Positions 39,580-51,045 of a DNA stretch of 64,000 nt are shown in pieces. The notes beneath the pieces were generated by a model. It searched no databases. It was not told where the DNA came from and saw only the letters and a program-made list of their open reading frames with translations. The first letter of the stretch is position 1. Each line of letters begins with the position of its first letter. The stretch comes from Octopus vulgaris (lineage: Eukaryota): contig OX597827.1 in NCBI GenBank assembly GCA_951406725.2, forward strand, positions 37,262,001 to 37,326,000, in the 5' to 3' direction. Position numbers and translations under genes: made by a program.

Positions 39580-40852
39580 GATTTGGTAAAATCATGTAGA
39601 GGTCATGCACTAGCAGCCAAGGCACCACTGGTGTAATACCAATCATGGCCTGAGATGGATAGTCAGTGGTCCAATGTACATATAGACTATACTGTGCATA
39701 CTACTTGATCATTGTTGATAGCCTTACAAAGTGGTTAGAAGTATGTAGGTGCAGTCAGCCTACCTCGAAGACAACCATAATGTTCCTGCATGAACTTTTT
39801 GCTCGATACAGTGTTCCAGACCTCATAGTATCTGACAATGGAACACAATTTACAGAATATGAGTTCAAGAAATTCTGCAAAATGCATGCAGTCAAGTACA
39901 AGTTTACCCCACCCTACCACTCAAGGTCAAATGGGCAAGCAAAACGATTTGTAGATACTTTCAAGTGAGCACTAAAAAAAGGCAAGGAACAAGTTAGGAA
40001 ATGACAAAGCTCTAACTAAATTCTTAAGAGTGTACAGAATAACACTCAAGCTGAATACCAGTTCAGGCAAGTCATCTGCAGAGTTAATGTTCACTCAAAA
40101 GATTAAATCGATTTTCAACAAATTGTTGCCAAAGTTAAAAATGTATAGAGAAAATACAAAAAATTCAACTAAACATTTTGATTTTGGAAACAAAGTCCAT
40201 TTCAAAGTATACAAGAATGGTAAAGAGAGTTGGCGGGATGATGTAGCGACTAAAAGAACTGAAAATAAAAGGCCAACAACGGGAGCATAAATGACACCAA
40301 AATCAATTAAAAATCAGGCATACAGAAGAAAGAAAGGAAATTCCAATGGAAGTGTTTTATGGTGTGTCAGCACCGAAAGACATTGATCCTAGAAAGTACA
40401 GTAACAGAAAACGTAAACAGACTGAACATTTAGAAATAATTCCTAAGTAGAAAAGGTACTAAACTCCCTAGGGAAGCAAAATTTAAAAAAGGGAGAGGTG
40501 TTGGTAAGAAAGAAAAAATAATAATAATCATAAAATAAATTTTGTTTCCTACAGAAGTTGAAATCTCGAAAGGGGGGAAGTTGTGGCCAGAGTCATGACA
40601 CCACCTATGAGAATAGACTTGACCGAACAACTACAGATAGTAGTGGCCTATGTGAGAGACAGAAAGAGTAGGCGTTAATTGCAGGAAGTCGTAAGGTGTC
40701 ATTTTGATAGTTTATAGGAATATTGTTTGTTGGTTTGTGTATAGTTCATGGAGAGTTATATATTTTATTGTTACTACATGGTTGTACTGAAAACAAGTAT
40801 CATCATAAATAGAGACAAACTACAATAATAGGTGATATATAACTACATTACA
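39580..40852 (+). mobile_element. Ty3/Gypsy LTR retrotransposon 3' remnant: integrase, PPT and 3' LTR
   Basis: LIIVDSLTKWLEV, LFARYSVPDLIVSDNGTQF, PPYHSRSNGQAKRFVDTFK and YRIT..SGKSSAELM. Polypurine tract AAAAAAGGGAGAGG (40485-40498) is followed by TG, with a putative LTR end ACATTACA at about 40852. Confidence 0.88.
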
Positions 40853-40859
40853 ATAGAAA

Positions 40860-41335
40860 CACACATAATCTGCAGACCATGATGACAGAAGTGGACACCC
40901 ACTACTAGGTGATAGGCCTTAAAATGAATTACATGGAAACAAAAGACATGCCATCTGAAGATGTAGCACATGGCTTAATAGAGGTGGGACATGATGAAAT
41001 TGAGGAGATAAAGGAGTAAGTTTACTTAGAGCACACAGTGAATATGCACTGAGACATGGATGCTGAAATCTTAAGGAGAATAAAGGTAGATGGAAGACAT
41101 TTGCCTCAATGAAGGATGTGCTCAAAGCAAAGTTGGTTAAGACCAAATATTCCTGGCTGTTCAATAGCACTGTCCTACCTGCAAACTTATATGTAAGTGA
41201 AAGGTGAGCTACTAAGAAGAGAAAAGAACATCAATTGACTATAATGCAAAGGGCCATGGAAAGATTCATCTAGGAATAACATTACAAGAACATTCAACAT
41301 CAAATCATTTGAGAATGGAGTGAAGTGAACGATGT
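40860..41335 (+). mobile_element. Decayed RTE-like LINE C-terminal fragment
   Basis: LFNSTVLPA and EHQLTIMQRAMERF.LGITLQEH..VNDVI resemble the RTE motif TQRAMER.MLG. Confidence 0.6.
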
Positions 41336-42299
41336 TATCACAGAAATTTTGTAGCGGTGACGAGAGTCTTGAAGATGATAGGCATAGTGGTCGACCATCA
41401 GATGTTGACAATGATCAACTAAGAGCCTTAATCGAAGCCAGTCCATGCACAACTGTTCAAGAGCTTGCTTCTGAATTAGATGTAACATATATGACAATTT
41501 CCAACCACTTGAAAGAGATTGGGAAAACAAAAATACTTGAGAAATGGGTGTCACACAAATTGAATGACAACCAAAAAAAACACCGTTTTGAAGTGTCATC
41601 TTCCCTTCTTTTACGCAACAAGAATGACCCGTTTCTCAACTGGATTGTGACTTGTGATGAAAAGTGGATTCTTTACGACAACCAGCGATGCTCAGCTCAG
41701 TGGTTGGATGCCAACGAAGCTCCACGCCACTTACCGAAGCCAAAGCTGCACCAAAAGAAGGTCATGGTGACTGTTTGGTGGTCTGTGGCAGGTCTCATCC
41801 ATCACAGCTTTTTGGAACCAGGTGAAACCATTACGGCAGAGAAGTACTGTCAGCAAATGGATGAAATGCATAAGAAACTCCGACAACAGCCATCATTGGT
41901 CAATAGAAAAGGACCAATTCTTCTACACAACAATGCTCGGCTGCACGTTGCACAACTGACCCTGCAGAAGTTGAACAAATTGGGCTACGAAACTCTGCCT
42001 CATCTGCCATAGTCACCAAACCTGTCGCCTACTGACTATCACTTTTTCAAGCATCTTGACAACTTCCTGCATGAGAAATGCTTCAAAAACCAAGACAATG
42101 CCAAACACACCTTCAACGACTTCATTGACACCAGAACACAAGATTTTTAATGCTACTGGCATAAATAAACTTGTTTCACATTGGCAAAAGTGTGTTGATT
42201 CTGATGGTGTTTATTTTAATTAATAAAGTTTTGTTTGAGCTGAGATATTTGCATCTGAATTTAAAGATTAAAAACCGCAAGAACTTCCTTGGAAACCTA

Positions 42300-42300
<1 letters not shown>
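41336..42300 (+). mobile_element. 5'-truncated mariner transposon (pseudogene)
   Basis: SGRP, WVSHKL (WVPHEL), IVTCDEKWILYDN, HNNARLH (second catalytic D changed to N) and P*SPNLSPTDY. The 3' TIR AACTTCCTTGGAAACCTAA is followed by TA. Confidence 0.93.
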
Positions 42301-42338
<38 letters not shown>

Positions 42339-42872
42339 CATATACATATATATATAGAGAGATATTGGTATATATACACACTCATGAACTCTCTCTCACA
42401 CACACTCCTACACATATATATGGGAAAACAGATGTTAAAGTGGTAATGGTGAAGATGATGTTGTTGATGATGATGATGATGATGATGATGCCACTACTGC
42501 TGTCAACATCAACAATAAAATAATTGCCATGGTGTATTTTATATTTAGTGTCACGCAAAGTATCCTAACTAATTTTGAATATCTTTATAGATAATGCGTA
42601 ACTATAGAATTTACGCAGCCATAGAAATTACGAATGCTTTGAATTTTTCTGGAAAATAATTCAACTTGCTATAAGATTTAATGAATAGATGCAGCCCAAG
42701 TAATTATCAACATCTGTTTATATACAGAACTTTGTATAGGATATTGAATATAATGTAATATCCCATGTAATTTCGATCATTTTTGAATATAGAATATAAG
42801 TGTATAATATTCTACGTATATAACATTTAATTACAGTTATATGTTTAGAAAATTGTTGAAAATAACCTATTG

Positions 42873-42894
42873 ACTCTCTCTCTTTCTCTCTCTC

Positions 42895-42964
<70 letters not shown>

Positions 42965-43001
42965 CACCCTCTCTCTCTCTTTCTCTCCCCCGTCTCTCTC
43001 T
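42873..43001. repeat. (CT)n microsatellite
   Basis: Direct inspection. Confidence 0.95.
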
Positions 43002-43263
43002 CAGGAGAACTGCTAAATATCTTGAAAATGATTGTTTGTATGATTATGATAGTCAATAGTGACCCATGTGAGTGAGCATATGAGAGATTATTCTCAGGTG
43101 GGGCATTTGTTTATGTGTGGGAACTGTGTGTATATGCGTATTTGTGTATGTATATATAAAGCAAAAAGTACAAAAAGAAACGATGGGAGGGACAAGTTTT
43201 AACAAATGTATTAGTTTAACACGTGTATGTATGCAAGCAATGCATAAGTTGTGTGTGCATGTA

Positions 43264-44540
43264 TTGGGTTGTCTGGAAAATTTGTGTCAATTTTTAAAGG
43301 AAAGAAAAAGGTCAATAAATACTTGCCATTACATTTTTAACCAACCAAATATGAACCATTTTGTTGCACAATGTGTCTCCATCTTTCCTTTAACTTGAAA
43401 ATACCATCTTTCTAGAATTGAGATGGTTTCATGGCAAAGAATTCATCAAGGTATCTTTTCAAGTCATCCAAGGTATTGAAATTTTTACCTTTAAGATTAT
43501 TCTGCAGAGACCTGAATAAGTGAAAATCCAAAGGAGCAATATCTGGTGAATATGGCGGGTGGGGTAACACATCCCAGCTGAGCTGCAGCAATTTTTGTCT
43601 GGTTCCCAAAGAAACATGCGGTCTTGCATTATCATGTTGGAAAACAACATCCTTCCTGTTGGCCAATTCTGGACATTTCTCTTGAATTGCTGCTTTTAAC
43701 TCATCCAGTTGTGTGCAGTATTTCTCAGAATTAATTGTCTGGTTACTGAGAAGCTCATAGTACAGAATTCCTTTCCAATCCCACCAGACACAAATGAAGA
43801 CTTTTTTAGGGTGAAGACCCACTTTTGGGGTGGCTAAGGGTGGTTCATGTCACTTACTCTAGGATCCCTGTCTCTGAACATTTCGGTAGATAATCCATTT
43901 CTCATAACCTGTCACAATTTGCTTTAAAAAGGGCACGTTTTCATTCTATTTAAAAAGCGAATCACAGATGGAAATGCGGCCCAAAAGGTTCTTCTCACTC
44001 AACTCATGTGGTACTCAAACATCGTAGTGATTTGTGTACCCAAGCTTTACCAGGTGCTCATGACAGATTTTGATAGATTGAGGCTTTCTGCCAATTCTCG
44101 GGTTGTGCAATGTGGATTATTCTCAATGAATGACTTGATTTGGTCATCATCTGTAGTGGATGGTCTGCCTGATCGCTCTTTATCAATAACGCTACAATCT
44201 CCAGCTCGGAACCTTACGAACCACTTCTGAACAGTTCTTTTAGGTAAAGAAACATCACCGTAAACTGCGCATATTTCTTTGGTTACTTGTGAGGCATTTT
44301 TCCCTTTACGGGAAAAGGAAAGCATTAAGTGCCGAAAATGAACTTTCTTATCTTCCATTTTAAAGGGTTACAGAATTAACACAGATTATAGGAACATAAA
44401 CCTTCTTCCACGAAAAGATAGCTTAAACTGTGCTCTAAATGGAGGTGTAGTCAAATCCTATTTTATGGACTCAACCATGTTCTAAAATAAGTCAAAAGTT
44501 AACCTACTATAAATCAGCACAGACTTTCCGGACAACCTAA
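43264..44540 (-). mobile_element. Full-length (1277 bp) defective mariner, DD34D
   Basis: TA|TTGGGTTGTCTGGAAAATTTGTG ... CACAGACTTTCCGGACAACCTAA|TA (TIRs of about 30 bp, TA TSD). ORF from 44358 has HTH and SGRP, VTGYEKW (first D changed to Y) and QHDNARPH..YSPDIAPLD (34-residue spacing). Frameshifted. Confidence 0.96.
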
Positions 44541-44550
44541 TATATAGGTA

Positions 44551-44905
44551 CAGGGTGCAGTAAATAAATTGTCGTCAGAATTACACAAAAATGAAAATAA
44601 CACTGACATCTCATTTTAACAGATGTATTTACCAAAATTACATAAAAATATCTTGAAATACTAAAGAGTTAAATTTATTCAATAAAATCACCATTGCCTT
44701 TGACCATGGTCTCTAGACAACTTCAGAATCTCCTGCAACTCTTCTGAACGATCTCCTTGTTTAAGTTGATGAATGCTGCCATGATCCTTGCCTTCAGTTC
44801 ACCTTGGTGTTACAAGAAGTTTTATTGGTCTCTTGCTCAGCTGTGCCCCACACATGATAATCAGGGGCTTTGGAATCTGGGTGACTATTTACCCATCGCA
44901 CCCTG
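44551..44905 (-). mobile_element. Internally deleted maT (DD37D) derivative, MITE-like
   Basis: TA|CAGGGTGCAG..ATCGCACCCTG|TA. Contains only the transposase 3' end (PDYHVWGTAEQETNKTSCNTK). Confidence 0.8.
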
Positions 44906-44924
44906 TATATCTGCATATTTCTGA

Positions 44925-45541
44925 AAATGATAAAAATTAAGCATCCAGTCAACATCATGGTGTTTGGAGCGACCACTAGTGATGGCTACGTTATGCCTCC
45001 ATTCATCTTCCTAACACAGCCTCAGACTCAACACAGAGACCTACATCAAGTGCCTGGAGGAGGGAGTGCAGCCCTGGGTTAAGAGGGTAGTTGCTGGAAG
45101 ACACTATGTTTGTCAACAGGACTCTGCACCATGCTACACAAGCAGGTGAACCCAATCATGGCCATCAGACAAATTCTGCAATCACATCACCTCTAACATC
45201 TAACCACCTAACTCCCCAGACTGCTACTCCCTTGATTATTATGAGTGAGGCACAGTTGAGTGAGAGACCAACAAAACTCCTTGCAACACCAAAGATGAAC
45301 TGAAGTCAAGGATTATGGCAGCATTCACCAACCTAAACAAAGAGACTGTCCAGAAGACCTGCAGGAGATTCCAAGGTCATCTGGAGGCCATGGTTAAAGC
45401 CAATGCCGATTTTATTGAATAAATTTACTCTTTGTTACAAGATATTTTTATGTAATTTTGGTAAATATATTGTTAAAATGAGATATCAGTTTTATTTTCA
45501 TTTTTGCATAATTTAGATGACAGTTTATTCAATGCACCCTG
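44925..45541 (+). mobile_element. 5'-truncated maT (DD37D) Tc1/mariner-superfamily element
   Basis: HPVNIMVFG..MPPFIF and QQD-37 residues-D (QQDSAP..NSPDCYSLDY; 37 codons counted). The 3' TIR ATGCACCCTG is followed by TA. Confidence 0.85.
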
Positions 45542-45569
45542 TATATATATATATATATATATATATATG

Positions 45570-46182
45570 TAGGCAGACTCAGAAAAACCTGGGACGAGGT
45601 GGTGAAGCACGACCTTCGAACTTTAGGTCTCACCGAGGAAATGACTAGAGACCAAGACCGTTGGAAGTATGTTGTGCGTGAGAAGACCCAGCATGACAAG
45701 TGAGGCCATAACCCGTGGCCTCTACCTGGGATGTAGCCAGTCCACGTATGCATACCTTTCCTTCTTGGGACACAAAACTCTACTTGTGAAGACCTGTTGA
45801 GGCAAGTGAAAATCGAAATCAAAATCGATCAACATCAATGGAATTTGTAGCTGTGATACCAGTGCCGGTGGCATGTAAGAGAACCATCCAAATGTGGCCG
45901 TAGCCAGCACCTTCCTGATTGGCCTCCGTGCCGGTGGCACGTAAAAAGCACCATCCAATCGTGGCCACTTGCCACCCTCGTCTGGCACCTGTGCCGGTGG
46001 CACGTAAAAAAGCACCCACTACATTCATGGAGTGGTTGGCTTTAGGAAGCGCATCCAGCTGTAGAGACACTGCCAGATCAGACTGGGCCTGGTGCAGCCT
46101 TCTGTCTTCCCAGACCCCAGTTGAACCGTCCAACCCATGCTAGCATGGAAAGCGGACGTTAAACGATGATGATGATGATGAT
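45570..46182 (+). mobile_element. RTE LINE 3' end plus tail region with repeated GTGCCGGTGGCAC motif and (GAT)n
   Basis: GRLRKTWDEVVKHDLRTLGLTEEMTRDQDRWK..*, three copies of GTGCCGGTGGCA(C/T)GTAA and tail CGGACGTTAAACGATGATGAT. Confidence 0.85.
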
Positions 46183-46462
46183 ATATATATATATAGTTAT
46201 TTTGAGTATAGGGATACCTCTAGAAGAGATGTAATCATCCAAGCTTCACTGGTTCAATCTTGTATATCAATGTAAAAGTTCAAGAGTCCAGTATAACTTA
46301 ATAGTATTGGTGTTTATTGTTTAAATAAGCACCAATTAAGTATATTATGGAGTTTAATGATTAATATATTTTGATATATGGGTATATTTCAATATAATAT
46401 ATTATAAGGAGAAAATGGAGAGTTTTAACAAATAAAATTCAATTTATTTACATTTTGTCAAA

Positions 46463-46583
46463 AATTCTCTGTAACCTACAATTGTTTCCTTAGTTAACTT
46501 AATTAATTACAAATCAATGAATTAGAAATTAAAAACTTGTATCTTGAAATAGCGAGTTAGATATTTCCTCAGGCTGAGAATTC
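46463..46583 (-). ncRNA. Degenerate hammerhead-like motif with extended stem II region
   Basis: Minus strand reads AAUUCUCAGC-CUGAGGA-(about 75 nt)-GAAA-CAAUUG-UA^-GGUUACAGAGAAUU. Confidence 0.4.
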
Positions 46584-46723
46584 AACATATATAAGAACCA
46601 CATCATAAATGAACAGGTGATGGTCAACAGACCCAACATGACAATAGTGCTTGTATGTGCTTGTGCGTGTTAATATTAAAAAAAAAACCATTATACATTT
46701 ACGCCTTTTGTTTCTATTTATTC

Positions 46724-46754
<31 letters not shown>

Positions 46755-46804
46755 TTAAAATTATTTGCACATGTGCGTGTTAATAATTTTTTAAAAAATA
46801 CTAT

Positions 46805-46915
46805 TGTGTACCCTTATCAGACAAGTAGTCATGTTGAGTATATTGAGTTTTGTATAATCATATCCCCATATCACTTTGATGGTATGTGCTGCTCTCTCAC
46901 TCAATAATAATAATG
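46805..46915 (+). mobile_element. 3' fragment of the (AAT)n-associated retroposon
   Basis: GTGTACCCTTATCAGAC..TCACTTTGATGG..TGCTCTCTCACTCAATAATAAT matches the reverse complement of 34298-34395. Confidence 0.8.
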
Positions 46916-47322
46916 ATAATAATAATAATACAACAACAACAACAACAATAACAACATGAAGCTGGCTAATATCCTTCCATTTATGAAGGAAGACTGGCCT
47001 CTCTAAGTTTCTTTAAGCAAAATGGTAGTGCCAAATATACACTTCTTGTCAGTAAGATTAAAATGGAAAAGACACAAAGAAAATGCAACCAGATCTAAAT
47101 CATTCCACATTGGTTGTCAAACAGGTTACCAAGAACCACGTCTCTCAGTGGACATCTAAGATAAGGTTGAAAAATTGGCATCTGGAAGGAACTCCTCTAA
47201 AGATTGACCTGGGGGAATTCAAAACCCAGATCTCAATTCTGACACCTCCGATCAAATACAAACTAACAGTATCAAAAGAATTAGAAATATATGGACATAT
47301 ATTTCTATATATTTCTAATATA

Positions 47323-47740
47323 GGCGTAGGAGTGGCTGTGTGGTAAGTAGCTTGCTTACCAACCACATGGTTCCGGGTTCAGTCCCACTGTATGGTACCT
47401 TGAGCAAGTGTCTTCTACTGTAGCCTCAGGCCAACCAAAGCCTTGTGAGATGGAAACTGAAAGAAGCCCATCGTATATATGTATATGCATATATTTATAT
47501 GTATGTATGTGTATGTGTGCACGTATATGTTTGTATGTCTGTGTTTGTACCCCCAACATCGCTTGACAACTGATGCTGGTGTGTTTGCGTCCCTGTAACT
47601 TAGTGGTTCGGCAAAAGTGACCAATAGAATAAGTACTAGGATTACAAAGAAAAAGTCCTGGAGTCAATTTGCTTGACTAAAGGTGGTGCTCCAGCATGGC
47701 CACAGTCAAATGACTGAAACAAGTAAAAGAGGAAAGAGTA
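47323..47740 (+). mobile_element. tRNA-derived SINE (family A), full length
   Basis: Same head, core and tail as 26746-27130. Confidence 0.93.
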
Positions 47741-48795
47741 TATGAGGAGTATAGACAGGTTGTGACAGCATTGAATAAACTAGAAAGAAACATTACTGGA
47801 CAATGCTATAACATCTGGGAGATAACATCAGGGAAAACTTTCAGGAATATATAAACTCAAACAAATTAGCAAACGCACATAGACATCATGTGTAACCATA
47901 GACTTACTCCAACTGGAATAAAGTGTATCAAAATTACAGTTAACACTAATTTAAATAATGACAACAGAGAGAGAAGAGTATGTAGTAAAAATTAATAACA
48001 GGAATTTGAAAAGGAATACTACAGAAAACAAACCACAACATAAAGTTGATTAAATGCCAGAGTATGAGGCCCACCAAGAGCAAAATAATACACCAGAACA
48101 TGTGACCCTTCATGAATTTGAAACCCCAGCACAAGCTACATTTATAGAAGACAGCATCAACTGAAATCAAGATGCTAAAAGTGACATCATACACAAATAC
48201 AATATCTCACAACATACAGAAATGAATGACAAAACAGCTGCCCAAATTCTAAACAAATAAATCTAACCTGCTTAACAAAAATTTTTGATTACATCCGAAA
48301 AGAAATCTTTGCAGTCTAAATGTTACTTAACTGCATTAAATCATTCACAGCTACTAAATAAATAGGCATCAAGCTGAATAAAAATGATCCCCAAAAACGA
48401 ACACACAAAAACAATCAAAATGAAAAGAATGAATAAACAAAGAAATTGAACTGCTTAGGAGTGAAACTTTGGCCGAGGGGACTAGTCAGTTACTTTGACC
48501 CACCTGTACAACTGGTACTATTTCATTGACAATGCTTCCTTTATTTTCTGCAAGAATAACTGTTGAAGGACATTAGATGGACAATATGTACATCAGTAGT
48601 GAGGTTAATAATAAATTTTAAGCCATGATTTATGGGTGAGATTGGGTGCATAAATGTGGAAGTAAATTGCATTCCATTTCATTAAATAGTCTGGAATATT
48701 GAGAACATGAAGACCAACAGTAGCACAATTAAAATAATAACAACAATAATAAAAATTAACAGATAAATAAATAAATAATATTAGTAGTAGTAGCA

Positions 48796-48797
<2 letters not shown>

Positions 48798-48866
<69 letters not shown>
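48798..48866. repeat. (AAT)n microsatellite
   Basis: Direct inspection. Confidence 0.97.
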
Positions 48867-48867
<1 letters not shown>

Positions 48868-49564
48868 GTCACTTTATTATTATTGTTAATATTATTTTAT
48901 TGTTCTTTTTGTTATTGTTATTATTATTATCAATATTATATTTTTAAGTGGTGATTTGAGTTATTAAAGTTATTCCATCTCACTAATTCAACCAACGACA
49001 TTCACCAAAAACCTGTCTGTAAACAGAATTTTTGCAATTACGATTTTACTTCTTGGAATTTTGAAGGAATTGTTTTTATTAATTGCCATTTATTTATGTT
49101 TTTTTAATCTTATTTTTGCAGTTTGTTTAACTTAATTTAAACTGAAAATGTTTTAATATTTTAATTTTCAAATTTTGTTTGATTTGTTTGGTTCCATGAA
49201 GAATTTAATTTTCATGAACTTTGTGAAAAGCTAGTATTTTTTTTTGTATCGTTCTGCGAATACTTCAGTTTAGTTCCTGTTACATAACTGCTGAGTTGGT
49301 TAAAGTAATAATTGATATATTGTGGTTGTTGCTGTTGTTGTTAAGCCATATCATTGACATTGTTGTTGAGGTTACATCAAAACTATTGCTACCAACTCAA
49401 GAAATGCAGTGAATTGGCAGAATTATTACAAGTAGAACAAAGTGATTTGTAGTATTTGATTTCAAACTCTACCCAAGCCAACTGTACATTTATTCTTCCA
49501 GAAGTCAATAGAATAAAAAGTATTTATTGACAGCCACTTCCTCAAAAATGTATCAGCACCTGCT

Positions 49565-50109
49565 ATTATTATTATTGTATCAGGAAAAATCTCAGCTTTA
49601 TTTTGGTCAGTATGATGAAGAGTGTCAGCTGTCTACAGCCAGGAGACCAAGGTGATACTTGTTTGCTGATCTTGCTTCAAGAGCCCTGCGGAGGACGCTT
49701 GCAGTTCCGAGCATTGATAATTTTTTTAGGCATTCCATCTTGATATTCATTCCAATCTTTTTAAGCCATGTTGCTAGTTGAGTGCTGATACTTCCAAGTG
49801 CACCAATCACTATTGGTATCATGTCCATTCTCTTCATTGCCCACAACCTGCATATTTCCCACTTCAATTTGTCATATTTACTCTTACTCTTTATTCTTTT
49901 ACTTGTTTCAGTCATTTGACTGCAGCCATGCTGGAGCACTGCCTTTAGTCAAGCAAATCGACCCCAGGACTTATTCTTTGTAAGCCTAGTACTTATTCTA
50001 TCGGTCTCTTTTGCCGAACCGCTAAGTTATGGGGACGTAAACACACTAGCATCGGTTGTCAAGTGATGTTAGGGGGACAAACACAGACACACAAACATAT
50101 ACCCCCCCC

Positions 50110-50157
<48 letters not shown>

Positions 50158-50600
50158 TACGACAGGCTTCTTTCAGTTTCTGTCTACCAAATCCACTCAC
50201 AAGGCTTTGGTTGGCCCGAGGCTATAGTAGAAGACACTTGCCCAAGGTGCCACGCAGTTTACTGTTTACTTTTTCTTCTTCTTTCTCTTCAATCTTGTTG
50301 TCACCAGGGCATGCTATGTCAATTATCAGACATTTTTTCTTTTTTGTTCACTACAACAATGTCAGGTTTTCAATGGCTAATATAATGGTCACACTGAATC
50401 ATTGCATCCCTCAGGATTTTGCAATTCTCATTCTCATGAATTCCTTCTGGGATTTGGTCATACTATGTTTTTGATGTTTCTGGGCCATAATTTCCATAGA
50501 GCTTCCAATAGACCGTTCTTGCCTCGAGCATTCACTTACAATATGCTACACTGTTATTTCATGTTTTTCCATGGTTTGTTTTGACTCTCTCTTTTTTATT
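49565..50600 (-). mobile_element. Dong/R4-type non-LTR retrotransposon 3' end (restriction-enzyme-like endonuclease), split by a SINE
   Basis: Minus strand reads HIVSEC (CCHC remnant), ENENCKILRD, KPDIVVVNKKE..CLIIDIACPGD..EEKEEEK, then the SINE, then KYDKLKWEICRLW..IPIVIGALG..LGTASVLRRALE. A short 3' UTR ends in (AAT)4. Confidence 0.88.
49880..50257 (-). mobile_element. 5'-truncated SINE (family A) inserted in the Dong relic
   Basis: Reverse complement of family A from CTGCGTGGCACCTTGGGCAAG to TGACTGAAACAAGTAAAAG. Confidence 0.92.
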
Positions 50601-50985
50601 TAGTGCTTTACCAGTGTTTGGGGACACTGGAAGCATTGATATATAAATGTCAAACAGTGAGATTGAGTGCTCAACACTGTGCTGGTGCATAGAGTATATA
50701 TAAATCTCTGTTGATTCACTAGAAGGGATAAATTACAGAACTCAATATGTAAATGCAGTCTTTAATATATTATAACTGGAAGCCTTCTAATTCTTGTGCT
50801 TGTTATACATTTCTGACCATTCAGCTGGTAATCTGAGACTGCTTTCCCTTTGAAATATATATTGTTTGAATATATTTTTGAAATATATAAAAGTTATGAA
50901 GAAAAATATTATATATATGTTCTCTTTACAAAATAAAAAAGATTACAAATGACATGTACAAAACAATTGATCCAAGCTCACAGGG

Positions 50986-51043
<58 letters not shown>

Positions 51044-51045
<2 letters not shown>

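Noticed and set aside
41332-42012. SETMAR or other domesticated transposase gene
   Set aside because: No SET domain, N-terminus missing, catalytic Asp mutated, premature stop, and a TIR is still present.
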